A stretch of 27,793 nt of DNA from Flavitalea sp. (GCA_040007215.1 JBDTVL010000001.1:1-27793), one strand, 5' to 3'; shown: positions 17,027 through 26,134, counted from the first letter of the stretch. Notes: a model not told the origin generated them from the sequence alone. Program-made: numbers and translations.

Positions 17027-19939
17027 ATGGCAAAATCAAAGGAAAAGGCAGCTTCACATAAAGTGGCCGGAGTAAAGGTTTCAGAAAAAAGCGCAATGCC
17101 CGCTGATCCGGTTCAGGAATATATAGAAGTATTTGGCGCAAGGGAACATAACCTGAAGAATATTGATATCCGTATTCCAAAAAATAAGCTGGTCGTTTTT
17201 ACCGGCGTCAGCGGCAGCGGAAAATCATCGCTGGCTTTCGATACGATCTACAATGAAGGTCAGCGCAGGTATATGGAAAGTTTCTCGGCTTATGCGCGTC
17301 AGTTTATTGGCGATATGGAAAGGCCCGACGTAGACAAGATCACAGGTCTGTCGCCGGTTATTTCTATTGAACAGAAAACGACCAACCGGAACCCGCGTTC
17401 TACTGTGGGAACGATCACTGAAGTATACGATTTCCTGCGTTTATTATATGCGCGCATAGGCGAAGCGTATAGTTACAACACCGGTAAGAAAATGGTGAAG
17501 TTCAGCGAGGAAGAAATTGTTCAGAATATATTTCAGAAGTTTAAAGGAAAGAATATCACCTTGCTGGCGCCGCTGGTGAGAGGCCGTAAAGGTCATTACC
17601 GCGAGCTTTTTGAAGATGTACGGAAAAAAGGATACCTGAAAGTAAGGATAGACGGAGAAGTGAAAGACCTGGTAGCCAAAATGCAGGTGGACCGTTATAA
17701 GATCCATGATATAGAAGTAGTGATTGACCGGCTGCCGGTAAAGGATGAAATGAAAGTAAGGCTGAGCCAGAGCGTGCAGAAAACTTTGCAAACCGGTAAG
17801 GACCTGATGTTCCTGTCGGTTATTGATCCCGATAAGGTGACGCAGTACAGTAAGGAACTGATGTGCGAGGATACCGGAATCAGTTATGAAGAACCTTCTC
17901 CCAATTCTTTCTCTTTTAATTCACCCTACGGAGCCTGCCCTGTGTGTAAAGGGCTTGGAGATATTTACCAGATAGATTTAAATGCGGTTATACCAGATCG
18001 TGAGCTGAGTATTAATGAAGGCGCTTTTGCGCCTTTGGGAGAAGCGAGAGAAGCTTTTGTATTCAGGCAGGTACAGCAACTGGCTAAGAAACATAGAATA
18101 GATCTTAATAAGGCGGTGAAGGATCTTCCGGAAAAAGCCATGAACCTTTTACTTTATGGAAATGAAAATGGCGCCGGCGATAACGAAGTAGAATTTAAGG
18201 ATGTACAGGCAAATGTTCAGGGTTACCTGGAAGAATACGAGGGTATCGTTCCTCAATTGAATCGATGGTTTGCAGGCGGTACCAGCGAAGCGGTGCGCGA
18301 ATGGGTGGAACAATTCATGGAACTCAAAACCTGCCCTGAATGCAAGGGCGCCAGGCTCAGGAAAGAAAGTCTGTGGTTTAAAGTAGATGGAAGAAATATT
18401 TCTGAATTAAGCGGCATGAACCTCGACAAAATGATGGTGTGGCTCGAAGGACTGGAGCAACGGTTAACCGATAAGCGGCAAATCATTGCCAAAGATGTGC
18501 TGAAGGAGATACGTGAAAGACTGCAGTTCCTGCTGGATGTTGGACTGAATTATCTTTCCCTGAACAGGTCGGCAAGAACCCTTAGCGGCGGCGAGTCGCA
18601 GCGTATCAGGCTTGCCACCCAGATAGGTTCACAGTTGCAGGGCATCACTTATATACTGGATGAACCCAGCATCGGGCTTCATTCAAGAGATAACCAAAGG
18701 CTCATTGATGCGCTGAAACATCTTCGCAATATTGGCAATAGCGTACTGGTAGTGGAACATGATAAAGATATTATGCTGGCTGCCGATTACCTGATAGATA
18801 TTGGTCCCCGCGCAGGAAAACATGGCGGAGAGATCGTTGCCCAGGGCGATCCTAAAACCATCTATGCTTCACAATCGGAAACTTCCAGGTTTTTGTTTGG
18901 CGAAAAAATGATCGCGGTTCCAAAGGAAAGAAGAAAGGGGAACGGAAAAGCGCTGGAGTTAAAAGGGGCCAATGGTAATAATCTTCACTCGCTGCAGGTT
19001 AAATTTCCACTGGGTAAACTGATCGTGGTAACAGGCGTTAGCGGAAGCGGAAAATCTACGCTGATCAATGAAACCCTGTATCCGATCTTAAGCGCGCATG
19101 CCTATAATTCAAGGACAACTCCTCTGGAATACAAATCGATAAAAGGACTTGAATTCATCGATAAGGTAATAGAGATGGACCAGTCGCCCATAGGAAGAAC
19201 GCCGAGAAGTAATCCGGCTACCTATTGCGGTTTTTTTACCGATATAAGAACGCTGTTTGCTATGGTTCCTGAAGCCAAGATCAGGGGATATACGCCGGGA
19301 CGTTTTTCCTTCAACGTGAAAAGTGGCCGGTGTGAAGTTTGCGAAGGCGGCGGTATGCGGGTAATTGAGATGAACTTCCTTCCCGATGTATATGTGAATT
19401 GTGAAAAATGCAACGGCAAAAGATATAACCGCGAAACGCTCGAGATCCGCTACAAGGGAAAATCGATCAGCGATGTATTAAATATGACAGTTGATGAAGC
19501 GGTCGATTTTTTTTCGGCAGTGCCATTTATCTTTCGTAAGATAAAAGTGCTGCAGGAAGTTGGACTGGGCTATATCACCTTAGGACAATCAGCCGTGACC
19601 TTAAGCGGCGGAGAAGCGCAGCGCGTAAAGCTGTCCACCGAACTGGGAAAAAAAGACACCGGTAAAACCTTTTATATTCTCGACGAGCCTACCACAGGAT
19701 TACATTTCCTGGATATCATTCATTTACTGAATGTATTGAATAAGCTGGTGGACAGAGGCAATACGGTGCTGGTCATCGAACATAATCTGGATGTGATTAA
19801 AGTGGCGGACCATATTATCGACCTGGGCCCCGAAGGTGGCGATGGAGGAGGAAGAATATTGTTTGAAGGAGTTCCGGAAGATATGGAACAGGCGCCGGAA
19901 AGTCATACGGCCAGGTTTTTAAAAGCGGAGCTATTATGA
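17027..19939 (+). CDS. uvrA: Excinuclease ABC subunit A
   Basis: GAREHNLKNI, two Walker A motifs (GVSGSGKS), two LSGGE signatures and CxxC zinc fingers. The start is placed at ATG 17027 (MAKSKEK); the ORF-track extension from 16841 is antisense to the riboswitch. Confidence 0.97.
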   Translation: MAKSKEKAASHKVAGVKVSEKSAMPADPVQEYIEVFGAREHNLKNIDIRIPKNKLVVFTGVSGSGKSSLAFDTIYNEGQRRYMESFSAYARQFIGDMERPDVDKITGLSPVISIEQKTTNRNPRSTVGTITEVYDFLRLLYARIGEAYSYNTGKKMVKFSEEEIVQNIFQKFKGKNITLLAPLVRGRKGHYRELFEDVRKKGYLKVRIDGEVKDLVAKMQVDRYKIHDIEVVIDRLPVKDEMKVRLSQSVQKTLQTGKDLMFLSVIDPDKVTQYSKELMCEDTGISYEEPSPNSFSFNSPYGACPVCKGLGDIYQIDLNAVIPDRELSINEGAFAPLGEAREAFVFRQVQQLAKKHRIDLNKAVKDLPEKAMNLLLYGNENGAGDNEVEFKDVQANVQGYLEEYEGIVPQLNRWFAGGTSEAVREWVEQFMELKTCPECKGARLRKESLWFKVDGRNISELSGMNLDKMMVWLEGLEQRLTDKRQIIAKDVLKEIRERLQFLLDVGLNYLSLNRSARTLSGGESQRIRLATQIGSQLQGITYILDEPSIGLHSRDNQRLIDALKHLRNIGNSVLVVEHDKDIMLAADYLIDIGPRAGKHGGEIVAQGDPKTIYASQSETSRFLFGEKMIAVPKERRKGNGKALELKGANGNNLHSLQVKFPLGKLIVVTGVSGSGKSTLINETLYPILSAHAYNSRTTPLEYKSIKGLEFIDKVIEMDQSPIGRTPRSNPATYCGFFTDIRTLFAMVPEAKIRGYTPGRFSFNVKSGRCEVCEGGGMRVIEMNFLPDVYVNCEKCNGKRYNRETLEIRYKGKSISDVLNMTVDEAVDFFSAVPFIFRKIKVLQEVGLGYITLGQSAVTLSGGEAQRVKLSTELGKKDTGKTFYILDEPTTGLHFLDIIHLLNVLNKLVDRGNTVLVIEHNLDVIKVADHIIDLGPEGGDGGGRILFEGVPEDMEQAPESHTARFLKAELL

Positions 19940-20469
19940 ATAAAGAAAGGATAATCATCGACATGGATGAAGTGATCTGCGATACCATGGGCGGAATGAT
20001 TCAATGGTATACGAACGAATATAATGGGGTTATTGACAGGGAAAAGATGCTGGCGGGCTCCTGGCTAAAAGGCTTTCCCGAACAGCATCATAAACTGATC
20101 AGGGAACGGTTATTCTCGATTGGTTTTTTTCGTAACCTGCCGGTGATGAAGGATAGCGTAGAGGTGATCCGTGAATTGAACCAGCAATATGAAGTGTTCA
20201 TTGTTTCTGCCGCGATGGAATTTCCAAATTCTTTAAAAGATAAGGCCGACTGGCTGTATGAGCATTTTCCATTTCTCACCTGGAGGCAGTTGACGTTATG
20301 CGGGGATAAGCGTATTATCCAGGGCGATCACATGATTGACGACCTGGTACGTAATTTTGAATTTTTCCAGGGAAAGAAATATTTGTTCAGTTCGGCGCAT
20401 AACCTGAGCGTTACCGGTTACCGGCGTTTAAATGACTGGAAAGAAGCTGCTGAAGTATTTCTGAAATAA
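19936..20469 (+). CDS. 5'(3')-deoxyribonucleotidase (NT5C-type HAD)
   Basis: DMDEV HAD motif I, FFRNLP, VSAAMEFPNSLKDK and IDD motif. ATGA overlap with the uvrA stop. Confidence 0.85.
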   Translation: MNKERIIIDMDEVICDTMGGMIQWYTNEYNGVIDREKMLAGSWLKGFPEQHHKLIRERLFSIGFFRNLPVMKDSVEVIRELNQQYEVFIVSAAMEFPNSLKDKADWLYEHFPFLTWRQLTLCGDKRIIQGDHMIDDLVRNFEFFQGKKYLFSSAHNLSVTGYRRLNDWKEAAEVFLK

Positions 20470-20482
20470 TGGCTGGGCGCTA

Positions 20483-20516
20483 AAAACAATGGCCGGCAAT
20501 TATTCATCGCCGGCCA
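20483..20516 (-). terminator. Probable intrinsic terminator between the convergent units
   Basis: TGGCCGGC-N11-GCCGGCCA 8-bp GC stem; on the minus strand it is followed by TTGTTTTT. Confidence 0.6.
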
Positions 20517-20712
20517 CTGAGGATACTGGAATCAACCAGAAGTTTGTAGTAAATCCCAATAAGCAAGCGCAGGGAGTGATTAAAAAAATCGTTGTTATCA
20601 GGGTACTTAGAGAATAGGGAACGGATCAGGTTTTTGACTCAACCGGATATTAGATTTTAAGAATTTCCCCGCTGCTTACTGGTTTAAAATATTTAAAAGA
20701 GCTTGTGTTCAA

Positions 20713-21123
20713 TTATTTTACGATGATCTGTCCGTTTTCAATACGTTCATCGTCGCTGAACACATCAAAAAGATAAGTTCCTTTTTCAATGTTCCTGATC
20801 AGCGTTGTTTGTTTGTTCCTGATCTCGGATTGTTTTACCAATCTTCCATCTACGTCGAATAAAAATAACTGATAAACTTTTCCTTCTGCTCCGTTCACGC
20901 CAAAAAAAAGCACTTGCTGATCAGCGTTAGGGTATAACGAGATCTTATGCTTTTTACTGGTAATTTGTTTTTGAATGAAAATGGAATCGCCGTTCATTTC
21001 CGGAAGCGGCTTTTGTATAGCGCATCTTCCGTAAGAAGGCGTAATGAAGAGCAGCGTCATACAAGCCAGTATAGCGGCCAGTATATGCGTTGCAACATTT
21101 TCAGAGCATAGCTTTCTTTTCAT
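20713..21123 (-). CDS. Small secreted protein consisting essentially of a T9SS type A C-terminal sorting domain
   Basis: Hydrophobic signal-like N-terminus, then ISLYPN...LFDVDGRLVK...KGTYLF...IIVK, the typical CTD pattern. The start could be 21123 (ATG) or 21150. Confidence 0.7.
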   Translation of the reverse strand: MKRKLCSENVATHILAAILACMTLLFITPSYGRCAIQKPLPEMNGDSIFIQKQITSKKHKISLYPNADQQVLFFGVNGAEGKVYQLFLFDVDGRLVKQSEIRNKQTTLIRNIEKGTYLFDVFSDDERIENGQIIVK

Positions 21124-21185
21124 GATCCCTAAGGCGGATTTAGTTTTCAAGGGTACGGATTAAAAACGGGTCAGTCTGTCAGTCA

Positions 21186-22139
21186 TTAGAACCTGATCGG
21201 GCAACTGGTTGAATTACTATAACGGTCGCGACTCAGGCGGAATCCCAGTTTGAAACCTGCGGAATAATAAGAATCATTATTATTCTGGTTTCCTCTGACA
21301 TCGCCTGTAGTAAAAGTTCTTGATGATACAGTTCCTGTTTTATTGGCAAGGCGTTCGGCCACCTGCGCCTGTTGTGCAGGCATATGCGCATAAAACAATG
21401 ATGGATCGATGTAATTCGTACTTACATCATCTATATAATCGGTGAATGTTTTACGGTGTACGATCTCGAAAGATATATTAACCTTTTCGCTAAGGAAATA
21501 TTTAATGCCTATACCCATTGGTATATTCATCTGCGTTAGCTTATATTCTTTTCTTTCGGGGAATTCAGGAAAACCCTGGCCTTCTGTTCTCAGCGGCTGA
21601 AGATTTACCCATTGTCCTGTGCTGGGATCTGTTCCCTGTGGATTAAAATGAAAGGCTCCGAATCCGATGACGCCATAAGGCCTTATCTTTCTGAATATGT
21701 CTGAAGGTTCGTATTCCAGCAATACTGTTGGATAGATTTCAGCCATTACCAGCACTTCGGTGAATTTAGAACGAAAGTTGGAGTTGCGTATTTTTCTTGC
21801 TTCTTCAAGACCTCCCTTACCTTTAATGATAGCATCATCTCCTTCAAGCATTCCTTTGTTAATAGCAAGACGTGCGCCAAGCCATTCATTAGGATGATAG
21901 GAAACAAATGCGCCAAATGTGAGTTTGGTCATCTGAATATTGTTGTCTTTTAAGAAAGTGGTTCCTTTTCCCGCATTACCTCCAAGGTCGCCAAGGAAGT
22001 TAGAAGGGCCCAGCGTGATGCCGGCTTCAAAGAAAGATGTGGTTTCAACAGCCTGTCCCCGTGAGGAGAAAATGAATGAGAGGCCCAGAAGAGTTACCGC
22101 ACAACACTTCCATACAGAAGAGTGTAAATCCTGTTTCAT
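21186..22139 (-). CDS. Outer-membrane beta-barrel protein, DUF6089/PorG-like
   Basis: Signal peptide, EAGITLGPSNFLGDLGG, RNSNFRSKF, PLRTEGQGF, RKTFTDYIDDVS, NDSYY and a C-terminal CP. The family is assigned from recalled resemblance. Confidence 0.65.
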   Translation of the reverse strand: MKQDLHSSVWKCCAVTLLGLSFIFSSRGQAVETTSFFEAGITLGPSNFLGDLGGNAGKGTTFLKDNNIQMTKLTFGAFVSYHPNEWLGARLAINKGMLEGDDAIIKGKGGLEEARKIRNSNFRSKFTEVLVMAEIYPTVLLEYEPSDIFRKIRPYGVIGFGAFHFNPQGTDPSTGQWVNLQPLRTEGQGFPEFPERKEYKLTQMNIPMGIGIKYFLSEKVNISFEIVHRKTFTDYIDDVSTNYIDPSLFYAHMPAQQAQVAERLANKTGTVSSRTFTTGDVRGNQNNNDSYYSAGFKLGFRLSRDRYSNSTSCPIRF

Positions 22140-22355
22140 GGATAATAGATTTTTAGTTTTCAGATGGTCGAGATGATTCCGGTTTCTGATTTAGCAGGCG
22201 CCGGACGTACAATCTAGAAACGCAGAATATTCTATTTTTGTGTGCGGAGTGGATAATAAATTTGAAAAGAATTGGCTGCTAAGAGTTTATGATTAGCTAT
22301 AAATAAATTTAATCTAAGCGGCTTGCAATTATGAAATTTATTACAGGTAATAATG

Positions 22356-22398
22356 CAAAAACGCTTATGCCCTGAGTATAAAGGAATAAGCGTTTTTG
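22356..22398 (-). terminator. Intrinsic terminator downstream of the Usp gene
   Basis: CAAAAACGCTTAT-N17-ATAAGCGTTTTTG, a perfect 13-bp inverted repeat. Confidence 0.7.
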
Positions 22399-22426
22399 AT
22401 ATGCCGAAATGCAGATTATTATTACT

Positions 22427-23290
22427 TTACAGCGAAACCTGTTCCTGCTTTTCCACGGTAATGACCGGTATATTTGAACCGTAAGAAAGTATCTTCCTGG
22501 TAAGCCTGTTCCATGACCCCGGCATATTAAATTCTTTCAACTGGTTGGCCATGATCAGATCGGCATTAATACGTTTTGAAAATTCCAGCGTGCTTTTTGC
22601 CAGATTTTTTCCTTCCAGTAAAAAACATTGAACCGGAATAGTGGAAATGCTCTGTACTACTTCAAGCGCTTTGTTAACTATATTATTTTCCGCCGTTACA
22701 TTTTTGCGGAGCGATACCAGGTATACAGTCGATTTAAACGACCTGGCGAGCATGGTGGCGAGCTTTATGCGATGAAAAGGTATATTGTTGTTGATGGGCA
22801 AAACGATCTTCTTAAAATGGCTAACAAGCCCCGAGGATCGAACTGCAAGCGTAGGTACATTTGTTTTACGCGCCAGCGCGCTGAGAGAAAGCGATGACAG
22901 TACGCGGTAAATAAGATTGAATTTAGGTAATCCTATAACGACAAGATCTATGTGAAATTGAGTAATGTATTTTGTCAGTTGTGCGCTTTTAAGTCCATGT
23001 AGCAGGCTGATCTCGATACTGCTGCCTTCGCATAGATGAGCCCGGTAGTCGTCCTTTAGCTGTTCAAGCTTTTTACGGGCATTTTCCAGGTCGGAGGTGA
23101 TATCGAAAGCAAGCGCCCGGGAAAGATCCACCGGGATGAATGGCGCCAGTGGTTTAGATACCACATGCACCAGGTGGATATTGCACTGAAAGTTGTTGGC
23201 CAGCTCAATCGCTTTGGCTACCGCCCATTTTGTTTTTGCGGTGAAGTCGACTGGAACCATGATGTTGTAGAATGTTTCTGGCATAACCAT
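22427..23290 (-). CDS. Universal stress protein (tandem Usp domains)
   Basis: NIMVPVDFT...A...IHLVHV and IDLVVIG, then LARKTNVPTLAV; the second domain has KIVLP and ADLIM..IPVITV. Confidence 0.85.
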   Translation of the reverse strand: MVMPETFYNIMVPVDFTAKTKWAVAKAIELANNFQCNIHLVHVVSKPLAPFIPVDLSRALAFDITSDLENARKKLEQLKDDYRAHLCEGSSIEISLLHGLKSAQLTKYITQFHIDLVVIGLPKFNLIYRVLSSLSLSALARKTNVPTLAVRSSGLVSHFKKIVLPINNNIPFHRIKLATMLARSFKSTVYLVSLRKNVTAENNIVNKALEVVQSISTIPVQCFLLEGKNLAKSTLEFSKRINADLIMANQLKEFNMPGSWNRLTRKILSYGSNIPVITVEKQEQVSL

Positions 23291-23318
23291 TGTTTTTGTT
23301 TTTAGAATAGGATAATAT

Positions 23319-24695
23319 CTATGCTAGACTTAATAAAGGTTTAAAACTTTCTTCTCTGATATTTTTAAACGCTACAGTTTCCAGTATTTCGTCTTTGGTA
23401 CGGAAGGCCACTCCTTTGCCGGCATGCCCCACCATACACCGGTCATCGCGGCTGTCGCCGACCACGATACAGTTTTTCAGTTGCACGCTGTATTTTTCAC
23501 AGGCATGCTGTAGTGCATTTGTTTTGCAGTAAGAATGACCGCAGATGCTTTCGGGCGATCCGAAAAAATAGTAAGGCAGGTTCACTTCACCAGTTGCTTT
23601 TCCGTTAAAGAACTCGAGCTGGTTAGCCAGGGAAAAATCGGCGCCTATCTGTTGTTTGATATAGTTGGTGATGAGTGTATAGCTGTTGCTGATAATGCCC
23701 ACGCGGTAATCTTTTTCTTTCAGTTCCTGGATCACTTCTTTCACGTCCTCAATAAGGCTCATTTCGCTGGCCACATGCAGCAGTTCGTCCATTGTGCGTC
23801 CTTTCAACAAAAGCCCTATACGTTTAGTAAGAATGATGGGATCTTTTTCAGCCGCCCGGAAATCTTCCAGTTTGGGATAGAATCCGAATGCTTTGGCGCA
23901 TTCATCTATAAACCTTCCTTTTAACAGGGTATCGTCCATGTCAAAAATGAGCAGCTTATGGTATATGGCCAGGTTTTCTCTTAATACCTTATTCATTTCC
24001 CGGTTAATGGTTTCGAGAGAATGGATCTCTTCTTCGCTTACCGTATCGGGATGCTGATCATGGGCCTTGGAGATGATCGCGGAGGATACTTCCTTGCTCA
24101 TTTTTCCAAGAGCTTCCCAGGGTTTGCTTTTATTTTCAATATAGCCGATGTTTATTTCGGCTATCCTGGCTTTCATGAGGTACATGTCTATTAGTATACC
24201 GATATCTACGCCGTAGTCATTAAAAAACTTGATTTTGGAAAAGTAGCTTTTTCTGCCGGCGATCATACCGCTCAGGGGCTGGCTGAATTTCGCCAGGCCT
24301 GGATATAATATGTTGAGCAGGGGTTTGGCTACCAGTTCGGTTACGCGGCCTGCATTGCGCGCAAAAGCGCCTTTAACGAAGTCGGCTTCCTGGGCAATCA
24401 GCGGAGCAGCCAGCCGGGAAATCGTTTCTTCAGGGTAAGGGTCTATATCTCCATCAAGGAAAAGAAGTATATCATTTGTGGCATGCCGGATGCCATCTTT
24501 CATGGAAATGCCTTTGCCGCGGATTTTACTGGGGATGACTGTAGCGCCGGCTTTGGCGGCCACTGCGGGGGTGTCATCTTCCGATTGATCGTCTACCACG
24601 ATAACCTGGCTTACCATGGCATTGCGGAAGCAAAACCTGACAACATTTCCAATAGTCAGCGACTCGTTCAGAACTGGGATGATCACGGTAAGCAT
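23319..24695 (-). CDS. Glucosyl-3-phosphoglycerate synthase-like glycosyltransferase fused to a HAD-IB phosphatase
   Basis: GT-A domain with VIIPVLNE, VVDDQSED, DGD, GRVTELVAKPLL, QPLSG and YGVDIGILID (GpgS-like). C-terminal HAD domain with DMDDTL, IISNS, KTNAL and GDSRDD. Confidence 0.82.
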   Translation of the reverse strand: MLTVIIPVLNESLTIGNVVRFCFRNAMVSQVIVVDDQSEDDTPAVAAKAGATVIPSKIRGKGISMKDGIRHATNDILLFLDGDIDPYPEETISRLAAPLIAQEADFVKGAFARNAGRVTELVAKPLLNILYPGLAKFSQPLSGMIAGRKSYFSKIKFFNDYGVDIGILIDMYLMKARIAEINIGYIENKSKPWEALGKMSKEVSSAIISKAHDQHPDTVSEEEIHSLETINREMNKVLRENLAIYHKLLIFDMDDTLLKGRFIDECAKAFGFYPKLEDFRAAEKDPIILTKRIGLLLKGRTMDELLHVASEMSLIEDVKEVIQELKEKDYRVGIISNSYTLITNYIKQQIGADFSLANQLEFFNGKATGEVNLPYYFFGSPESICGHSYCKTNALQHACEKYSVQLKNCIVVGDSRDDRCMVGHAGKGVAFRTKDEILETVAFKNIREESFKPLLSLA

Positions 24696-24792
24696 AACAT
24701 ATTACCAGGTTTTTCCGGGAGAAATTTATAATGTTCAGCCAACCAATGCCCCGCCGAAATTAATCAGGTTCACCTTCAGCATACCCCTTTTG

Positions 24793-24807
24793 GCAAAAGC
24801 CGTGCCT
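24793..24807 (-). promoter_or_regulatory. Sigma54 (-24/-12) type promoter upstream of the GpgS-HAD gene
   Basis: Minus strand AGGCACG-GCTT-TTGC versus consensus TGGCACG-N4-TTGC, with exact GG-N10-GC spacing, about 100 nt before the ATG. Confidence 0.65.
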
Positions 24808-25063
24808 CTGCATAGCGAGTCATAAATTTCCCGGCCTAATTAAAGATTATTTTTCCACAAAGCGCTATTGCGCCAGCATAAAAAGGTACGTCTTTTAAGG
24901 TATAGGATAATTGATTTGCTATTAATTTACTATTAAAAAGCCGGAAATCAAACAGGGGTAGAAAATTTGAAGGGGATAGGACTATTACGGTGAAGAAGAG
25001 GGATGTAAATTTGTCAGCAGGCCTTAGATTAAGCCTTCGGCGCTACAGCTGCTCTATTAAAAC

Positions 25064-25096
25064 AAAAAAAATCCTTTCACTGGGTGAAAGGATTTT
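25064..25096 (-). terminator. Intrinsic terminator after the RRM gene
   Basis: AAAATCCTTTCAC-3 nt-GTGAAAGGATTTT, a 13-bp stem with a long U tract on the minus strand. Confidence 0.88.
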
Positions 25097-25123
25097 GGAA
25101 ACAAAGAGATATATAAAATATGA

Positions 25124-25516
25124 TTAATAATCCCTGTTGTAGCCGCCGCCGGAGCCGCCTCTGTTGAAGCCGCCTTTTTTGTAACCTCCGCCGCCGCCGC
25201 CGCTATTACCGCCGCCGCCGCCGCCTCCAAAGCTCCTTTTCTTAAATCCGCCGCCGCCGGAGCCGCCATTCTGGGGCTTAGGCTGAGCTTCATTAACGAT
25301 GATCTTACGTCCAAGAACTTCTGAATCGTACAGGCTGCTTAAAGAATTCTGCGCTTCAGTATCGTCAGGCATTTCAACAAAACCGAAGCCCTTGCTGCGG
25401 CCGCTTACTTTGTCCTTAACGATCTTTGCAGATGTTACTGAACCGTACTGTTCGAAAAGAGTTCTCAAATCCTCATCGGTCATTTGCCAGGAGAGGTTTC
25501 CTACATAAATGTTCAT
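25124..25516 (-). CDS. RRM (RNP-1) RNA-binding protein with a glycine-rich tail
   Basis: RNP2 IYVGNL, RNP1 KGFGFVEM, and a C-terminal GGGG/RGG low-complexity tail. Confidence 0.94.
   Translation of the reverse strand: MNIYVGNLSWQMTDEDLRTLFEQYGSVTSAKIVKDKVSGRSKGFGFVEMPDDTEAQNSLSSLYDSEVLGRKIIVNEAQPKPQNGGSGGGGFKKRSFGGGGGGGNSGGGGGGYKKGGFNRGGSGGGYNRDY
25141..25265. repeat. Low-complexity GCC/GGC trinucleotide runs encoding the poly-Gly tail
   Basis: Multiple (GCC)n runs inside the RRM gene. Confidence 0.8.
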
Positions 25517-25687
25517 TGTTCTGAAAATCCGATTTTAACAGTAGTTATTACAATGGACTGAGTGAAACCGGAAAGAGGTAAGACGCTTCAGAACAAAAGA
25601 ACAAACTACAGTAATCTATATGAAGATAAGAAATAATTTTATTTGTAAAATAAAATTTCTCCCCTGTTACTTCAGCCAAAAGCACTA

Positions 25688-26134
25688 TTATTCTCCGATA
25701 ACTTCAAACTCTACTTCGGTACTTTTTCCATTTCCGAATTCGATAGTGGCTTTATAGCTTCCTACTTCTTTTACCTCGTCGGCAATATGTATCTTTTTAC
25801 GGTCGATCTCATAACCTTTCTGCTCCCGGATAGCCCTGCTGATCTGCAGCGGGGTTACACTTCCGAATATCTTTCCGCTGGTGCCTGTCTTGGCGCCGAT
25901 CTTTAAAGGCGCTTCGCTCAGTTTTCCGATAACCAGGTTAAGTTCAGCAAGCATTTTTTCTTCCTTTTTACGGAATTGCTTCATTTTTTCCTCAAGTTCT
26001 TTCCTGTTGGAAAGGCTTGCTTCCTTAGCCAGTTTCTGTGGGATTAGGAAATTACGGGCATAACCATTGCGCACCTTAACGAGTTCGTTAGCAGCGCCGA
26101 GGTTATCAACATCTTGTATTAATATTATTTCCAT
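25688..26134 (-). CDS. rplI: 50S ribosomal protein bL9
   Basis: MEIILIQDVDNLG...VKVRNGYARNFLIP and KIFGSVT. Confidence 0.97.
   Translation of the reverse strand: MEIILIQDVDNLGAANELVKVRNGYARNFLIPQKLAKEASLSNRKELEEKMKQFRKKEEKMLAELNLVIGKLSEAPLKIGAKTGTSGKIFGSVTPLQISRAIREQKGYEIDRKKIHIADEVKEVGSYKATIEFGNGKSTEVEFEVIGE

Noticed and set aside
20517-20712. About 200-nt gap between convergent genes as a possible sRNA
   Set aside because: No recognisable promoter, ORF or conserved fold beyond the terminator hairpin; cannot be supported from sequence alone.
22257-22264. Plus-strand TAAATTTG as a possible antisense promoter toward usp
   Set aside because: An isolated 8-mer in AT-rich DNA with no supporting ORF or -33 element; likely chance.
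25141-25265. Tandem GCC repeats as a possible CRISPR or contingency locus
   Set aside because: These are in-frame Gly codons with no spacers and no cas genes.
25057-25314. Ala-rich 85-aa ORF in the ORF track
   Set aside because: It is the alternative-frame read of the GCC/GGC repeats of the RRM glycine tail and terminator. A similar poly-Ala/Pro frame exists on the + strand.
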